Shown: positions 8,400-17,946 of the stretch, in pieces
How the letters are laid out: every line of letters begins with the position of its first letter
Numbering within the stretch: position 1 is the first letter of the stretch
NCBI GenBank assembly: GCA_041497555.1
Contig: JBGQGS010000001.1
Coordinates: 3,687-67,686, forward strand
Direction of reading: 5' to 3'
Origin: Candidatus Dormibacteraceae bacterium
GTDB taxonomy: Bacteria; Chloroflexota; Dormibacteria; Dormibacterales; Dormibacteraceae
Length of the DNA stretch: 64,000 nt
The notes under the pieces: model-generated
The model's input: only the letters and a program-made list of their open reading frames with translations
Told to the model about the DNA's origin: nothing
The model's database searches: none
Position numbers and translations under genes: made by a program

Positions 8400-9745
8400 T
8401 CACCGCAACGTCAGTCCGCACCTGGGAGCTGGATCGGACCCCGGACCTCATCGACCTGGTCAGCGCCGCACGAGACAACGGGCATGAGGTGCTGCTCATC
8501 GAGCGACCGATGCCGGACGCCGTCAGCGTCGCAGCCCTGGGCAAGGCCTTCGACATCGTGGCGGCCAAAGGTGGTGTGGCGCTCGAAGACGCAAGCGGCA
8601 AGGTCGTCGACTTCGAAGCCGGCGCTGACAGGCTGCTCGCAGCATCCCGGTTGTGGCGAAGGCTCTGCGAGTCGCTCGCCGGCCCTCGATCGGCATCGCC
8701 CGTGAGCGGCCCGGTCGGAGTCGGCGGTTTCGCCTATCGGCCGGATCGCGAGCCCAGCGGGCCGTGGTCAGGCTTTCCCGCGCTGCTCCTCCGCGTGCCC
8801 GCCCTGGCGGTAACCAGGGTCCGCGGCCGCACCTACGCCACTGCGGCATCCGCGGACGCCGAGGCGCTGCTCGAGACCGGCGGAGCCGCGCATGTGGCGG
8901 GGCTGCGCGCGCCCGCGGCACGCAGGCTGGAGGTGACGGCCGTGCGTAATCCAATGGCCTGGACCGCCGCGGTTGAGAGCGCCGCCGCCCGCCTTCGCGC
9001 AGGCGATGCGGCGAAAGTCGTGCTCGCCCGCGAGGTCCTCGCCCGTGGCGATGGCGTCGTGTCAGCCGCAATGGTGGCCCGCGCTCTGCGCGCGGCGTAC
9101 CCGTCCTGCTTCATCTACCTCATCACTGGCGCTGATGGAACCGCGTTCGCCGGAGCCTCACCTGAGCTGCTGGTCCGCCGGTCGGGTGATCGAGCCTTCT
9201 CACAGCCGATGGCCGGGTCAGTCGCCCGCGGAGCCACCGACACTGAGGATGAGCGGCTCGCGCACCAGTTGGAAGACAGCGTCAAGGACGCGGTCGAGCA
9301 TCGCATCGTGTCTGAATTCGTCGTCGGCGCGCTGCGTCCTTTCGCACGCTCGGTTGCGGCAGAACCGCCTGAGGTCGTTCGCTTCACGAACATCCAGCAT
9401 CTCGCCACCTCCGTCACCGCAGAGCTGATCCACCCGCCTGCCGATGTACTGCAGCTCGCCGCCGCCCTCCACCCCACACCTGCCGTCGGTGGCTGGCCGC
9501 GGGAGGCCGCCAACGCACTGATCGACGAGCTGGAAGGAATGGAGCGCGGTTGGTACGCCGGCGCGGTGGGCTGGATCGACGGGCGCGGTGACGGGGAGTT
9601 CGCGGTGGCACTGCGGTGTGGGCTGCTGTGGGAGGACGGAGCGCGGCTCTATGCCGGAGTCGGTGTCATGCCAGACTCGGATCCTGCCCGCGAGTTGGAC
9701 GAGACCGAGCTGAAGTTCAAAGCGCTGCTGACGGCACTCGTCTGA
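8396..9745 (+). CDS. menF: isochorismate synthase
   Basis: Chorismate-binding blocks GASPELLVRR, HPTPAVGGWP, ERGWYAGAVGWIDGRGDGEFAVALRCG. It sits in a men gene neighbourhood. Confidence 0.9.
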   Translation: MITATSVRTWELDRTPDLIDLVSAARDNGHEVLLIERPMPDAVSVAALGKAFDIVAAKGGVALEDASGKVVDFEAGADRLLAASRLWRRLCESLAGPRSASPVSGPVGVGGFAYRPDREPSGPWSGFPALLLRVPALAVTRVRGRTYATAASADAEALLETGGAAHVAGLRAPAARRLEVTAVRNPMAWTAAVESAAARLRAGDAAKVVLAREVLARGDGVVSAAMVARALRAAYPSCFIYLITGADGTAFAGASPELLVRRSGDRAFSQPMAGSVARGATDTEDERLAHQLEDSVKDAVEHRIVSEFVVGALRPFARSVAAEPPEVVRFTNIQHLATSVTAELIHPPADVLQLAAALHPTPAVGGWPREAANALIDELEGMERGWYAGAVGWIDGRGDGEFAVALRCGLLWEDGARLYAGVGVMPDSDPARELDETELKFKALLTALV

Positions 9746-10536
9746 TGGACGTGACCCTCAACGGGGCGCGCATCCATTACGAGCGATCGGGCAAGGGCTT
9801 CCCCGTGCTCTTCATCCACGCCGGAATCGCCGATTCACGCATGTGGGAGCCGCAGGTCGCCGCGTTCGCGAAGCATTTCGACGTCATCCGCCCAGACCAG
9901 CGCGGCTTCGGCGAGTCGGAGCTGCCGCCGGTGACCTGGTCGCCCGTCGAGGATCTCCTCGCGCTGATAGACGAACTTGGCCTGAAGCCCGTGCACCTGG
10001 TCGGCTGCTCGATGGGCGGCGCAGTTGCCATCGACTTCGCGCTCGACCATCCCGAAAGGATTTCGAAGTTGGTCCTTGTCGGGTCGGCCATCGGCGGGTT
10101 CACCTTTCGACCAGAACATGCTGATGTCTTCGCCGAGGCGGCCGCCGCACGCAAGGCCGGCGACATGGTGGCGCTCAACGAGGCCATGTTGCATCTCTTC
10201 CTCGATGGCCCCGACCGGCCGCGCGGTTACGTGGCAGAACCGCTGCGCGAGCTCTTCCTGGACATGAACGGCCGCGCGTTGCGCGCTGACTTCGCAAGTG
10301 CCCCGACCAAGGATCTGGATCCACCGGCGGTTGGGCGCCTGGGTGAGATCACCGCGCCGACTTTGGTGCTCGTGGGCGACAAGGACGTGCCCACGGTGCT
10401 GGAAGCCGCGGACCTGCTCAGGGATTCAATTCCGAATGCGCGCAAGGCGATCATCCATGACGGTGCGCACCTGCCGAACGTGGAACACCCTGAAGAATTC
10501 AACCGCCTCGTTCTCGATTTTCTCTCAGCGAACTAA
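9745..10536 (+). CDS. alpha/beta hydrolase
   Basis: The ATG overlaps the menF stop (TGATG). Contains HAGIADSRMW and a nucleophile elbow GCSMGG. The upstream part of ORF 9616..10536 is treated as a spurious extension. Confidence 0.85.
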   Translation: MDVTLNGARIHYERSGKGFPVLFIHAGIADSRMWEPQVAAFAKHFDVIRPDQRGFGESELPPVTWSPVEDLLALIDELGLKPVHLVGCSMGGAVAIDFALDHPERISKLVLVGSAIGGFTFRPEHADVFAEAAAARKAGDMVALNEAMLHLFLDGPDRPRGYVAEPLRELFLDMNGRALRADFASAPTKDLDPPAVGRLGEITAPTLVLVGDKDVPTVLEAADLLRDSIPNARKAIIHDGAHLPNVEHPEEFNRLVLDFLSAN

Positions 10537-10656
10537 GCCGCCCTACGCATTCCCGGCCCGGGAGCCCGTCTCATGACCACCCGCTCCGGGGGCAGGAAGC
10601 GGAACTCCCGGCCCGCCTTGATCACCTGCCATCCGCCCTCATGCACCAGCCGTCGC

Positions 10657-12333
10657 CTAAGCCCTTAGCGCTGCGGCCGCCGCCTCCCAACACAGGCGAT
10701 GCCCGTTGACGCTGTCTTCGCGCTTGAAGCGGACGACGACCATCGTCGGCGTGGGCGCAGCAATCGCGTCCGCGATCGCGGGCTCGAGACCGGAGCGGTC
10801 GGTCACCGGGCTGTAGACGAGGCCGTAGAGTCGCGCCACCTGGGAAAGATCAAGACTCAGCGGCGTCACGAACAGCTCCTCGAAAACGTCCTGGTGCTCG
10901 GCCTGTGGCAGGAAGCTGAACACGCCGCCACCGTCGTTGTCACACACGACGACGGTGGCCCGCATGCCGTGCCGCTTAAGCGCCCATAGACCGTTCATGT
11001 CGTGGTACAGGGACAGGTCTCCCAGCAGCAGGACCGTTGGAAGGTTCACGCGCCCGGCGGCCAGACCCAGGCCAGTCGACACAAGCCCGTCGATGCCGCT
11101 CGCGCCTCGATTGGCGAAGAAGCGCTGCTGGGGCCGCGCCTGCGGCCAGAAGGCCTCGGCGGCACGAATCGGCATGCTCGAACCGATGAAGACCTGCCCC
11201 GGGTCCGGTAGTCGCGAGCTCAACGCGCGAACGACATGTCCCTCGTGCAGGGGCGTCGAGACCAGGGTCGCCGCAATGGCTGCGGTGGCCCGCTTGCCGG
11301 CGGCCACCCACTGCTCCCGCCACGAGACTCGCTCGAGCGGCGGCAGCGCTTCGAGCAGCGGCTGCGGGTCGCAGTCGACGATGTTGGTCGCGACGTGGTC
11401 CTGGTCGCGCCAGGCGCGTTCGGGGTCGATGAGGAATGTCGGGGCCGACGCCGCTGCGAGCCACTTGTTCAGGGCCCGTGACGTCGGCATCGCGCCGAGC
11501 CGGATCACGAAGTCCGGTCCGTGCTGGAGAGACCAGCCGGCTCGCAGCAGAGCCTCATAAGACTCGATCGACGCCCCGGTCTCTGGGCGCCTGAGCTGGG
11601 AGGTCGGCTCGGCCAGCACCGGAAGACCGAGCCGGTGCAGCGCCGGAGCCAGCCGCTCGCCGTCGCGCATCTCTCCCGCGACGACCAACGGGCGCTGAGA
11701 GCGCTGGAGCGCCGAGGCCAAGGCGGCCACCTGGCTCGGTGAAGGCAGAGTCCGGCCGCGGCTAACAGACTGCCCCGCCACGCCGATGGGTGCCGGCACG
11801 TGGCCTGGCTGCGGAACGAGTGGTTCGCGAAATGGGAGGTTCACGTGCACCGGGCCGCCGGCAGCTTCCGCGAAAGCTCGCGCCGCCAGGCGCCGCCACA
11901 TGCGAGCCGCATTGGGCAGCTCGACCGGCGCGCCGGGGTCGAAGTACCACCTGACCGCCGTCCCATACAACCTCTGCTGGTCGATCGCTTGATTGGCTCC
12001 CGCACCCTGCAGCTCCGGTGGCCGGTCAGCAGTGAGGACGATAAGGGGCGTGCGCGAGTGGAAGGCTTCGACCACTGCCGGATGAAACTCGGCCGCGGCC
12101 GTGCCGGAGGTACTCAGCAGCACGACCGGCTTGCCCGTGGCTTTGGCCAGGCCGACCCCGAAGAACGATCCCGAGCGCTCATCGATGTGAATGAGCACCT
12201 TGATCTTCGGATGGCGCTGGAGCGCCATGGCGATGGGAGCCGAGCGGGAGCCTGGAGAGACACAGGCGTACTCGACGCCTTGAGCGGCGAGCTCATCCAC
12301 GAAAGTAGCGGCGAACGCCTGTGTCACATCCAT
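10657..12333 (-). CDS. menD: 2-succinyl-5-enolpyruvyl-6-hydroxy-3-cyclohexene-1-carboxylate (SEPHCHC) synthase
   Basis: 558-aa ThDP enzyme. MenD-like N-terminus FVDELAAQGVEYACVSPGSRSAPIA and a ThDP-binding GDLS...NDGGG block. Confidence 0.93.
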   Translation of the reverse strand: MDVTQAFAATFVDELAAQGVEYACVSPGSRSAPIAMALQRHPKIKVLIHIDERSGSFFGVGLAKATGKPVVLLSTSGTAAAEFHPAVVEAFHSRTPLIVLTADRPPELQGAGANQAIDQQRLYGTAVRWYFDPGAPVELPNAARMWRRLAARAFAEAAGGPVHVNLPFREPLVPQPGHVPAPIGVAGQSVSRGRTLPSPSQVAALASALQRSQRPLVVAGEMRDGERLAPALHRLGLPVLAEPTSQLRRPETGASIESYEALLRAGWSLQHGPDFVIRLGAMPTSRALNKWLAAASAPTFLIDPERAWRDQDHVATNIVDCDPQPLLEALPPLERVSWREQWVAAGKRATAAIAATLVSTPLHEGHVVRALSSRLPDPGQVFIGSSMPIRAAEAFWPQARPQQRFFANRGASGIDGLVSTGLGLAAGRVNLPTVLLLGDLSLYHDMNGLWALKRHGMRATVVVCDNDGGGVFSFLPQAEHQDVFEELFVTPLSLDLSQVARLYGLVYSPVTDRSGLEPAIADAIAAPTPTMVVVRFKREDSVNGHRLCWEAAAAALRA

Positions 12334-12344
12334 ACGATCTACCT

Positions 12345-13226
12345 GTGATTCTCGAGGGTGAGGACGTGCGATTGAGCTACTTCGTGAGCGGCGAGGGCAC
12401 GCCGGTCACGCTGCTCCACGGGTTCACGCAGAACGGGCGCAGCTGGCTCGAGATCATTTCCAGGATGCCTGAAGGCTGGATGTGGATCGTGCCCGATCTT
12501 CGCGGACACGGTGAAACGCGAACGCCGCCTGAGGCGCCCTGCAGCATGGACGCCTGCACGGGCGACCTCGAAAAGCTGTGGGACCACCTCGGCGTCGCCC
12601 GCACTCACCTCGTCGGGTACTCCATGGGCGGGCGGCTCGCACTCCACGTCGCCGCCCGGCATCCGGAACGGGTCCTCTCGCTGCTCACCATAGGCGCGCA
12701 TGCAGGCCTGGAGGAAGAGGCCCGCGAGGGACGACGGCGCGGGGACGAAGCGCTGGCGCTTCGCATCGAGAAAGACGGCCTCGAAGCGTTCGTCAAGTAC
12801 TGGACCAGCCTGCCTCTGTTCGCGGGCCTGGAGCGCCGCGGACCGGCCTTCGTCGCGCAAATTCGCGCGGAAAGGATGACCAACCACCTGACAGGCCTTG
12901 CTTGCTCCTTGCGTGGAATGGGGGCAGGGATCATGGAGCCGATCTGGGACGACCTCTCACAGGTCACGGTTCCGTGCACCTTCGTGGCGGGTCAGCTCGA
13001 TCACGGCTACGTTACGTCGGCTCGCCGCCTCGCTGCGACCGTGCCCAATGGGCGCGTCGAAGTCGTACCCAGGGCCGGCCACACCGTCCACCAGGAAAGA
13101 CCGGAGGCGTTCGCCCGCGTGCTCGCCGCTCACCTCGCGCCGGCGACCTCTGGTGTCGCCACGCCAGATCCGCCGGACGCCACGCCGGCAGGCGACGGCT
13201 GGCCGTCCAGCTCGACCTCAGCCTGA
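12345..13226 (+). CDS. menH: alpha/beta hydrolase, MenH-like (SHCHC synthase candidate)
   Basis: LLHGFTQNGRSW, DLRGHGET, and elbow GYSMGGRLAL as in MenH. Divergent from menD. I chose the start at GTG 12345 to avoid overlapping the menD start. The C-terminal tail is low complexity. Confidence 0.75.
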   Translation: MILEGEDVRLSYFVSGEGTPVTLLHGFTQNGRSWLEIISRMPEGWMWIVPDLRGHGETRTPPEAPCSMDACTGDLEKLWDHLGVARTHLVGYSMGGRLALHVAARHPERVLSLLTIGAHAGLEEEAREGRRRGDEALALRIEKDGLEAFVKYWTSLPLFAGLERRGPAFVAQIRAERMTNHLTGLACSLRGMGAGIMEPIWDDLSQVTVPCTFVAGQLDHGYVTSARRLAATVPNGRVEVVPRAGHTVHQERPEAFARVLAAHLAPATSGVATPDPPDATPAGDGWPSSSTSA

Positions 13227-13387
13227 AGACCGGCGGCATAACGAGCCGCTCCAAGACGCTCGCGGTCGAGCATCGATCCCCCATCGAGCATGCGCAGGAT
13301 GAAGTGGCTGCATCCCTCTTTGCGAAGGGACTCGACCTCGCGCGCGACGTCGGCCGGCAACCGGGCGGTGACATAGGCGCGGGTCAC
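13130..13387 (-). CDS. possible small ribbon-helix-helix-like protein
   Basis: The GTG start overlaps the menA stop (GTGA). N-terminus AYVTARLPADVAREVESLRKEG-CSHFILRML looks like a strand plus two helices. GC3 is high in the first ~50 codons, outside the menH overlap. The 3' end overlaps the menH tail by 97 nt. Confidence 0.4.
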   Translation of the reverse strand: MTRAYVTARLPADVAREVESLRKEGCSHFILRMLDGGSMLDRERLGAARYAAGLQAEVELDGQPSPAGVASGGSGVATPEVAGAR

Positions 13388-14283
13388 AGCAGCAAACCAA
13401 GGGCGAACAGAAGGGCGTACGCAAGCTCAGCCATCGCCATGCGCTTCAACGCCCGCACCAGCGCGGGTCCCGCCGGCGCGATGAAGGCGACGCGAACCGG
13501 CGCCGACGCGATCGGGATCGCGAAGGCGACGAGCATGACTGTGACGGGGGCAAGCTCGAGGGCGAGGGCAACGATCGGGAAGGCAAAGGCCATGCAGATC
13601 AGCCCGAGGAGCAGGGTGAGCGTGCGCGCGCGGCCGATGCGCGTGGCCAACGTGAGCTTGCCCGCCGCGGCATCAGTGTCCATGTCGCGAAGGTTGTTGA
13701 GGACCAGAATCGCGGTGGCAAGGCATCCCATCGCGCAGCCGATGAGGATAGCGAGAGGGGTGACGCGCAGCGTCTCCACGTAAACCGTGCCCGCCGTGGC
13801 GACGAGGCCGAAGAAGAGGAAGACGAAAACCTCACCCAGCCCGAGGTAGCCATAGGGGCGCGGCCCTCCCGTGTACAGCCACCCGGCGAGCAGGCACCCC
13901 GCACCGACCACGAGCAGTCTCCAGTCGCTGGCGAGGCTCAGGATGAGCCCCGCGAGGGCCGCCACCCCGAAGGCGGCGATCGCCGCCCACCTGACATGTT
14001 CCGGTGGGACGACGCCTGACGATGCCGCTCGCACCGGACCGACCCGGCGCTCGGTGTCGGCGCCGCGAACGTAGTCCGAGTAGTCGTTGGCGAAGTTCAC
14101 CCCGACCTGCATCGCCACCCCGACCACGAGCGCGAGCAGTCCGGCGCCCAATCGCGGTCCGCCTTCGTGGACGGCGATCGCCGTGCCGGCGAGAACCGGA
14201 GCGACCGATGCCGCGAGCGTGGCGGGGCGGACCGCCGACCACCACACTCGAGTGGCGGTCGGGGCAGGAGCAGTGGCGATCAC
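13384..14283 (-). CDS. menA: 1,4-dihydroxy-2-naphthoate polyprenyltransferase (UbiA family)
   Basis: 299-aa polytopic protein with [11 protein letters not shown] and a second Asp-rich motif NNLRDMDTD. The GTG start overlaps the menB stop (GTGA). Confidence 0.9.
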   Translation of the reverse strand: MIATAPAPTATRVWWSAVRPATLAASVAPVLAGTAIAVHEGGPRLGAGLLALVVGVAMQVGVNFANDYSDYVRGADTERRVGPVRAASSGVVPPEHVRWAAIAAFGVAALAGLILSLASDWRLLVVGAGCLLAGWLYTGGPRPYGYLGLGEVFVFLFFGLVATAGTVYVETLRVTPLAILIGCAMGCLATAILVLNNLRDMDTDAAAGKLTLATRIGRARTLTLLLGLICMAFAFPIVALALELAPVTVMLVAFAIPIASAPVRVAFIAPAGPALVRALKRMAMAELAYALLFALGLLL

Positions 14284-15101
14284 GGTCTTTTTGGGAACTT
14301 GGAGAAGTTGGGCTTTCGCTTCTGCACGTAGGCGTCCCGACCTTCCTGCGCCTCTTCGCTCAGGTAGTAGAGCAGCGTCGCGTCACCGGCGAGCTGCTGG
14401 ATACCGGCCAGGCCGTCGTCGACGGCGTTGAGGCCGGCCTTCAGCATCCGGAGCGCGAGCGGGCTCAGCTCGAGCATGCGCCGGCACCACGCGATCGTTT
14501 CCTGCTCGAGGTCGGCCAGCGGCACGACCTTGTTGACGAGTCCCATCTCGAGCGCCTGTTGTGCGTCGTACTGCTCGCACAGGAACCAGATCTCGCGCGC
14601 CTTCTTCTGGCCCACGATGCGAGCGAGCAATCCCGCGCCGTAGCCGCCGTCGAAGCTGCCCACGCGCGGCCCGGTTTGGCCGAACCGGGCGTTGTCGGCC
14701 GCAATCGTCAGGTCGCACACGACATGCAGTACGTGGCCGCCGCCGATCGCGTAACCGGCGACCATGGCGACAACCGGTTTTGGCAGGCGGCGGATCTGGA
14801 CCTGCAGGTCGAGCACGTTGAGCCGCCCGGTGCCCTTCGGGTCGATGTAACCGTCCTTGCCCCTGATGCGCTGGTCGCCCCCGGAGCAGAACGCCTCGGT
14901 CCCGGCGCCGGTGAGGATGACCACGCCGATCTCGGGATCGTCTCGGGCTGCCTCGAACGCTTTCGACAGCTCGAAGACGGTGGTCGGCCGGAAGGCGTTG
15001 CGGACCTCCGGACGGTTGATCGTGATCTTGGCGACCCCGTCCCAGGTCTCGTAGATGACGTCTTTGTAATCGCCGGCCGTGCGCCACCCTGGATCTTTCA
15101 A
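14280..15101 (-). CDS. menB: 1,4-dihydroxy-2-naphthoyl-CoA synthase
   Basis: Crotonase-fold MenB sequence [26 protein letters not shown]...FCSGGDQ...[11 protein letters not shown]...NFSKFP. TTG start at 15099-15101 with AGGAG 7 nt upstream. The longer ORF to 15377 is treated as an extension. Confidence 0.93.
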   Translation of the reverse strand: MKDPGWRTAGDYKDVIYETWDGVAKITINRPEVRNAFRPTTVFELSKAFEAARDDPEIGVVILTGAGTEAFCSGGDQRIRGKDGYIDPKGTGRLNVLDLQVQIRRLPKPVVAMVAGYAIGGGHVLHVVCDLTIAADNARFGQTGPRVGSFDGGYGAGLLARIVGQKKAREIWFLCEQYDAQQALEMGLVNKVVPLADLEQETIAWCRRMLELSPLALRMLKAGLNAVDDGLAGIQQLAGDATLLYYLSEEAQEGRDAYVQKRKPNFSKFPKRP

Positions 15102-15159
15102 GTTCTTACTCCTAGAGCGATCACTAGCACTGTTCGAATCGTACGCGGTCCGGCACGTG

Positions 15160-16101
15160 CTACGCGCGCTGGCGAGGCTTGCGGCGCGGGAAGAGCCGGA
15201 CGATCTTGGCGTAGTCCTCCGGCGTGTCGATGTCGTCCGGGCGTCCGGGCGCCGGCACGGTATCGAGCAGCTCGGGGTGCCCCTGCAATATCTGCCGAGC
15301 GCCCGCGTCGCCCTTGAGCGCGAGGAGCTCATCCCACAGCTCGCGCGCGAGCACGATGGGCGGCGCCCATTCGCCATGTGTTTGAGCCACCGCGACGGCC
15401 GGTCGTGAACCCTCGCGGCGCCATGCTCGCGTCAGCGCCGCGATGGTCCGAGAACCGACGAGCGGTTGATCGCCCAACACGATCACGGCCGCCTCGATCT
15501 CTTCGCGCATGGCGCGCAGTCCCACCTGCAGCGACGAGGCCATGCCTGTCCTCGCCTTTGGGTTGTGCACGAGCTCCGCCTCGCCATCGACCGCCTCGCG
15601 AACGTCGTCCGTCGCGTAGACGACGACAACCTGGTGGCAGCCGCCCTCAGACGCGGACTCGATCGCGTGGTGCACCATGGGCTTGCCGTCGACCTCGAGA
15701 AGCAATTTCTGTGATCCGGGCATTCGCGAGCTCGACCCGGCCGCCATGACGATGGCCCCCACCGGCAGAAGAGCAGCAGCGAGCCGCTCAAACGGGGGTC
15801 GCGCAGAGCGGATCCATTCGACTTCGATGCCCGCGCGAATGGCGATCTCGGCATATTCTCGGAGACGCTCGCTGTCGCCGTCGACGAGCATCAGACGGCG
15901 GCCGGTGAGAGCCGCCATGTCCGGGATGGTCTCGGGCAAGCCGACCACCGCGAGGGCGCGGCAATCAGCGCGTGAAGCCAGGTGCTGTAGAGCCGAGTCA
16001 AGGTCCCGACCGCGGACGACGAGGCTGTGAGGCCCTTCCGGCTCACGATATGTGCGTCCTCTGACGGCCAGGTCGAGGTCGCCCATCACGAAGACCGCCA
16101 T
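15160..16101 (-). CDS. MobA/MocA-like nucleotidyltransferase (molybdenum cofactor cytidylyl/guanylyl-transferase type) with an N-terminal extension
   Basis: The C-terminal ~200 aa carries [28 protein letters not shown] and VLGDQP, typical of NTP_transf_3. The first ~110 aa have no assignment. Confidence 0.8.
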   Translation of the reverse strand: MAVFVMGDLDLAVRGRTYREPEGPHSLVVRGRDLDSALQHLASRADCRALAVVGLPETIPDMAALTGRRLMLVDGDSERLREYAEIAIRAGIEVEWIRSARPPFERLAAALLPVGAIVMAAGSSSRMPGSQKLLLEVDGKPMVHHAIESASEGGCHQVVVVYATDDVREAVDGEAELVHNPKARTGMASSLQVGLRAMREEIEAAVIVLGDQPLVGSRTIAALTRAWRREGSRPAVAVAQTHGEWAPPIVLARELWDELLALKGDAGARQILQGHPELLDTVPAPGRPDDIDTPEDYAKIVRLFPRRKPRQRA

Positions 16102-16147
16102 ATCAAGATGAGCATGCCAGAAGGGACCCGCCTTACTCTCTGTTTCA

Positions 16148-16990
16148 ATGCCCCTGCTTGGCGCTCACGTCGACTCGTCCGGCGGCCTGCACCTCGCGTT
16201 CGAGCGCGCCAAGGCAATGGGCGCCGAGGCGATCCAGGTCCACCCCACGCCGCCCGGTTTCTGGGGCTCGCCCAAGCTGGACGAGGATCGCATCGCGACC
16301 TTCAAAGAGGCGGCCGCCCGCCACGGCCACCCACCTTTCTACTTCCACGCCGTGTACCTGATCAACCTCGCAGGGGACGACCCGACGTTGCGACAACGCT
16401 CTGAGAGCACGCTCGCCGGCTATCTCAAGGCGGCCGACGACCTTGGCATCAGCGGCGTCATCTTCCACACCGGGTCGCACAAAGGGGCCGGCTTCGAGGC
16501 CAGGCTTCCAGGCATCCTGGAACACCTGAAGCACGTTCTTGAGCGCGCGAATCCTAGCTCCGCCCGGCTCTTGATCGAGAACAACGCCGGGCTCGGCGGA
16601 TGCGTGGGCGCGCGGTTCGAGGAGATCGCTCAGATGCTGACGGCGCTGGGTGACCCGCGCGTCTCGGTCTGTTTCGACACCTGCCACGCTTTCGCGTCCG
16701 GCTACGACCAACGCACCGCGGCTGACGTGTCCAGGACGCTGGACGAGCTCGAGCTGGTGATCGGACTGTCGCGCGTCGACGTGATCCACTGCAACGACTC
16801 TGTGACTGGGCTCGGTTCCAACCGAGACCGCCACGCCAACATCGGAGCCGGACAGATCGGCGAGGACGGTTTTCGCGCGCTGCTGCACGAACCGCGCCTC
16901 GCGAAGCTCCCGTTCATCCTCGAGGTGCCCGGCGCGGGAGGCGGTCCCGACGCCGAGCAGGTCAAGGTATTGAAACGCCTCGCGGCCTAA
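16148..16990 (+). CDS. nfo: deoxyribonuclease IV (endonuclease IV, AP endonuclease family 2)
   Basis: LLGAHVDSSGG, VIFHTGSH, IENNAG, CFDTCHAFASGYD, HCNDS...RDRHANIG. Confidence 0.9.
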   Translation: MPLLGAHVDSSGGLHLAFERAKAMGAEAIQVHPTPPGFWGSPKLDEDRIATFKEAAARHGHPPFYFHAVYLINLAGDDPTLRQRSESTLAGYLKAADDLGISGVIFHTGSHKGAGFEARLPGILEHLKHVLERANPSSARLLIENNAGLGGCVGARFEEIAQMLTALGDPRVSVCFDTCHAFASGYDQRTAADVSRTLDELELVIGLSRVDVIHCNDSVTGLGSNRDRHANIGAGQIGEDGFRALLHEPRLAKLPFILEVPGAGGGPDAEQVKVLKRLAA

Positions 16991-17220
16991 GCTGCATCCG
17001 ACGCGGACGTCTCCTCGTAAGCGTGATGAGTAAGGATCGGGCGCCGGCGCGGTGGGCGCCTCATGGCCAACCCGCCGAGCCACCACGCGCGGGCGGCCAG
17101 GTTGCGCAGGATGCTCCCGAGGCTGGGCACGCTCCCGGCGATAAGGCGGCTGTTCTCCATCTCGCGCTGCAGGTCCTTCAACCGCTCGAAGGCCGCGTCC
17201 TCGTTCATGTAGGGGTACAT
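16987..17220 (-). CDS. small hypothetical protein (77 aa)
   Basis: ATG preceded by GAGGAGGAG about 6 nt upstream. Charged helical N-terminus (FERLKDLQREMENSRL) followed by a hydrophobic stretch (LAARAWWLGGLA). No family recognised. Confidence 0.55.
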   Translation of the reverse strand: MYPYMNEDAAFERLKDLQREMENSRLIAGSVPSLGSILRNLAARAWWLGGLAMRRPPRRRPILTHHAYEETSASDAA

Positions 17221-17255
17221 TGGGCTCCTCCTCTAACTAGTATGCCGCTTACACT

Positions 17256-17268
17256 GGTTATTATAACC
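17256..17268. promoter_or_regulatory. palindrome GGTTAT-T-ATAACC in an AT-rich divergent intergenic region
   Basis: Perfect 6-bp arms. A further GGTTAT half-site follows about 20 nt downstream. Lies between the small ORF (start 17220) and the CGNR gene (start 17306). Confidence 0.4.
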
Positions 17269-17305
17269 GATGTTAGGCTGGCAGTGGTTATGGATATACT
17301 GAGCA

Positions 17306-17863
17306 TTGATGGCTGACCGGCAGACTGCCACGGGTGTCCTCGGCCTCGTCCAGGCCTTTGTCAACACGGTCGACCTCCAGGACGGCCCAGAGGAATTCAC
17401 TGACTCAAACAGGCTCAAGACCTGGCTGGTTGCAAGGGGCTTGATGGACAGCTCTCACCCGGTCGAGGCTTCCGACCTGAAGCACGCGGCTGCCCTGCGG
17501 GAGGCGATCCGGGGAGTGATCGGGGCTAACTCCGGCCTTCCGGTCTACCCCGTCGACGTCGCCACGCTCAACGAGGCGGCCGGAGCCAGCGGTTTGCGGA
17601 TGCGCTTCGGCGCGGACGGCAGGCCCCGCTTCGAGCCCGAGGTCGCGGGCGCCGTCGGAGCGATGGGACGCATCGTCGCCGCGCTGTACACGGCGATGGA
17701 GGATGAGAGCTGGACGCGGCTGAAGCTGTGCAGTTCGCAGCCCTGTCGCTGGGCGTTCTATGACCGCTCTAAGAACCACTCGAGCCGCTGGTGCACGATG
17801 GCCTCCTGCGGGAACCGCGAGAAGGCCAGGCGTTTCAGGAGCCACGGCAAGACACACGGCTGA
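17306..17863 (+). CDS. CGNR zinc-finger (ABATE-domain) putative regulator
   Basis: C-terminal CRWAFYDRSKNHSSRWCTMASCGNREKARRF is the zf-CGNR signature. Confidence 0.85.
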   Translation: MMADRQTATGVLGLVQAFVNTVDLQDGPEEFTDSNRLKTWLVARGLMDSSHPVEASDLKHAAALREAIRGVIGANSGLPVYPVDVATLNEAAGASGLRMRFGADGRPRFEPEVAGAVGAMGRIVAALYTAMEDESWTRLKLCSSQPCRWAFYDRSKNHSSRWCTMASCGNREKARRFRSHGKTHG

Positions 17864-17946
17864 GTGGGGTTGTCGTCGTGAGCAAGACCCGGGCGGAGGC
17901 CTTCAGCTACCTTGGGCTGCCGATCCTCCGCGTGCGCCTGGCGAGC

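Noticed and set aside
12578-13783. 401-aa plus-strand ORF spanning the menH 3' region and antisense to menA
   Set aside because: Arg/Pro/Gly-rich shadow ORF. It conflicts with the well-supported menH and menA frames.
14004-15317. 437-aa plus-strand ORF antisense to menA/menB
   Set aside because: Shadow frame opposite two unambiguous men genes. Low-complexity, Arg/Pro-rich composition.
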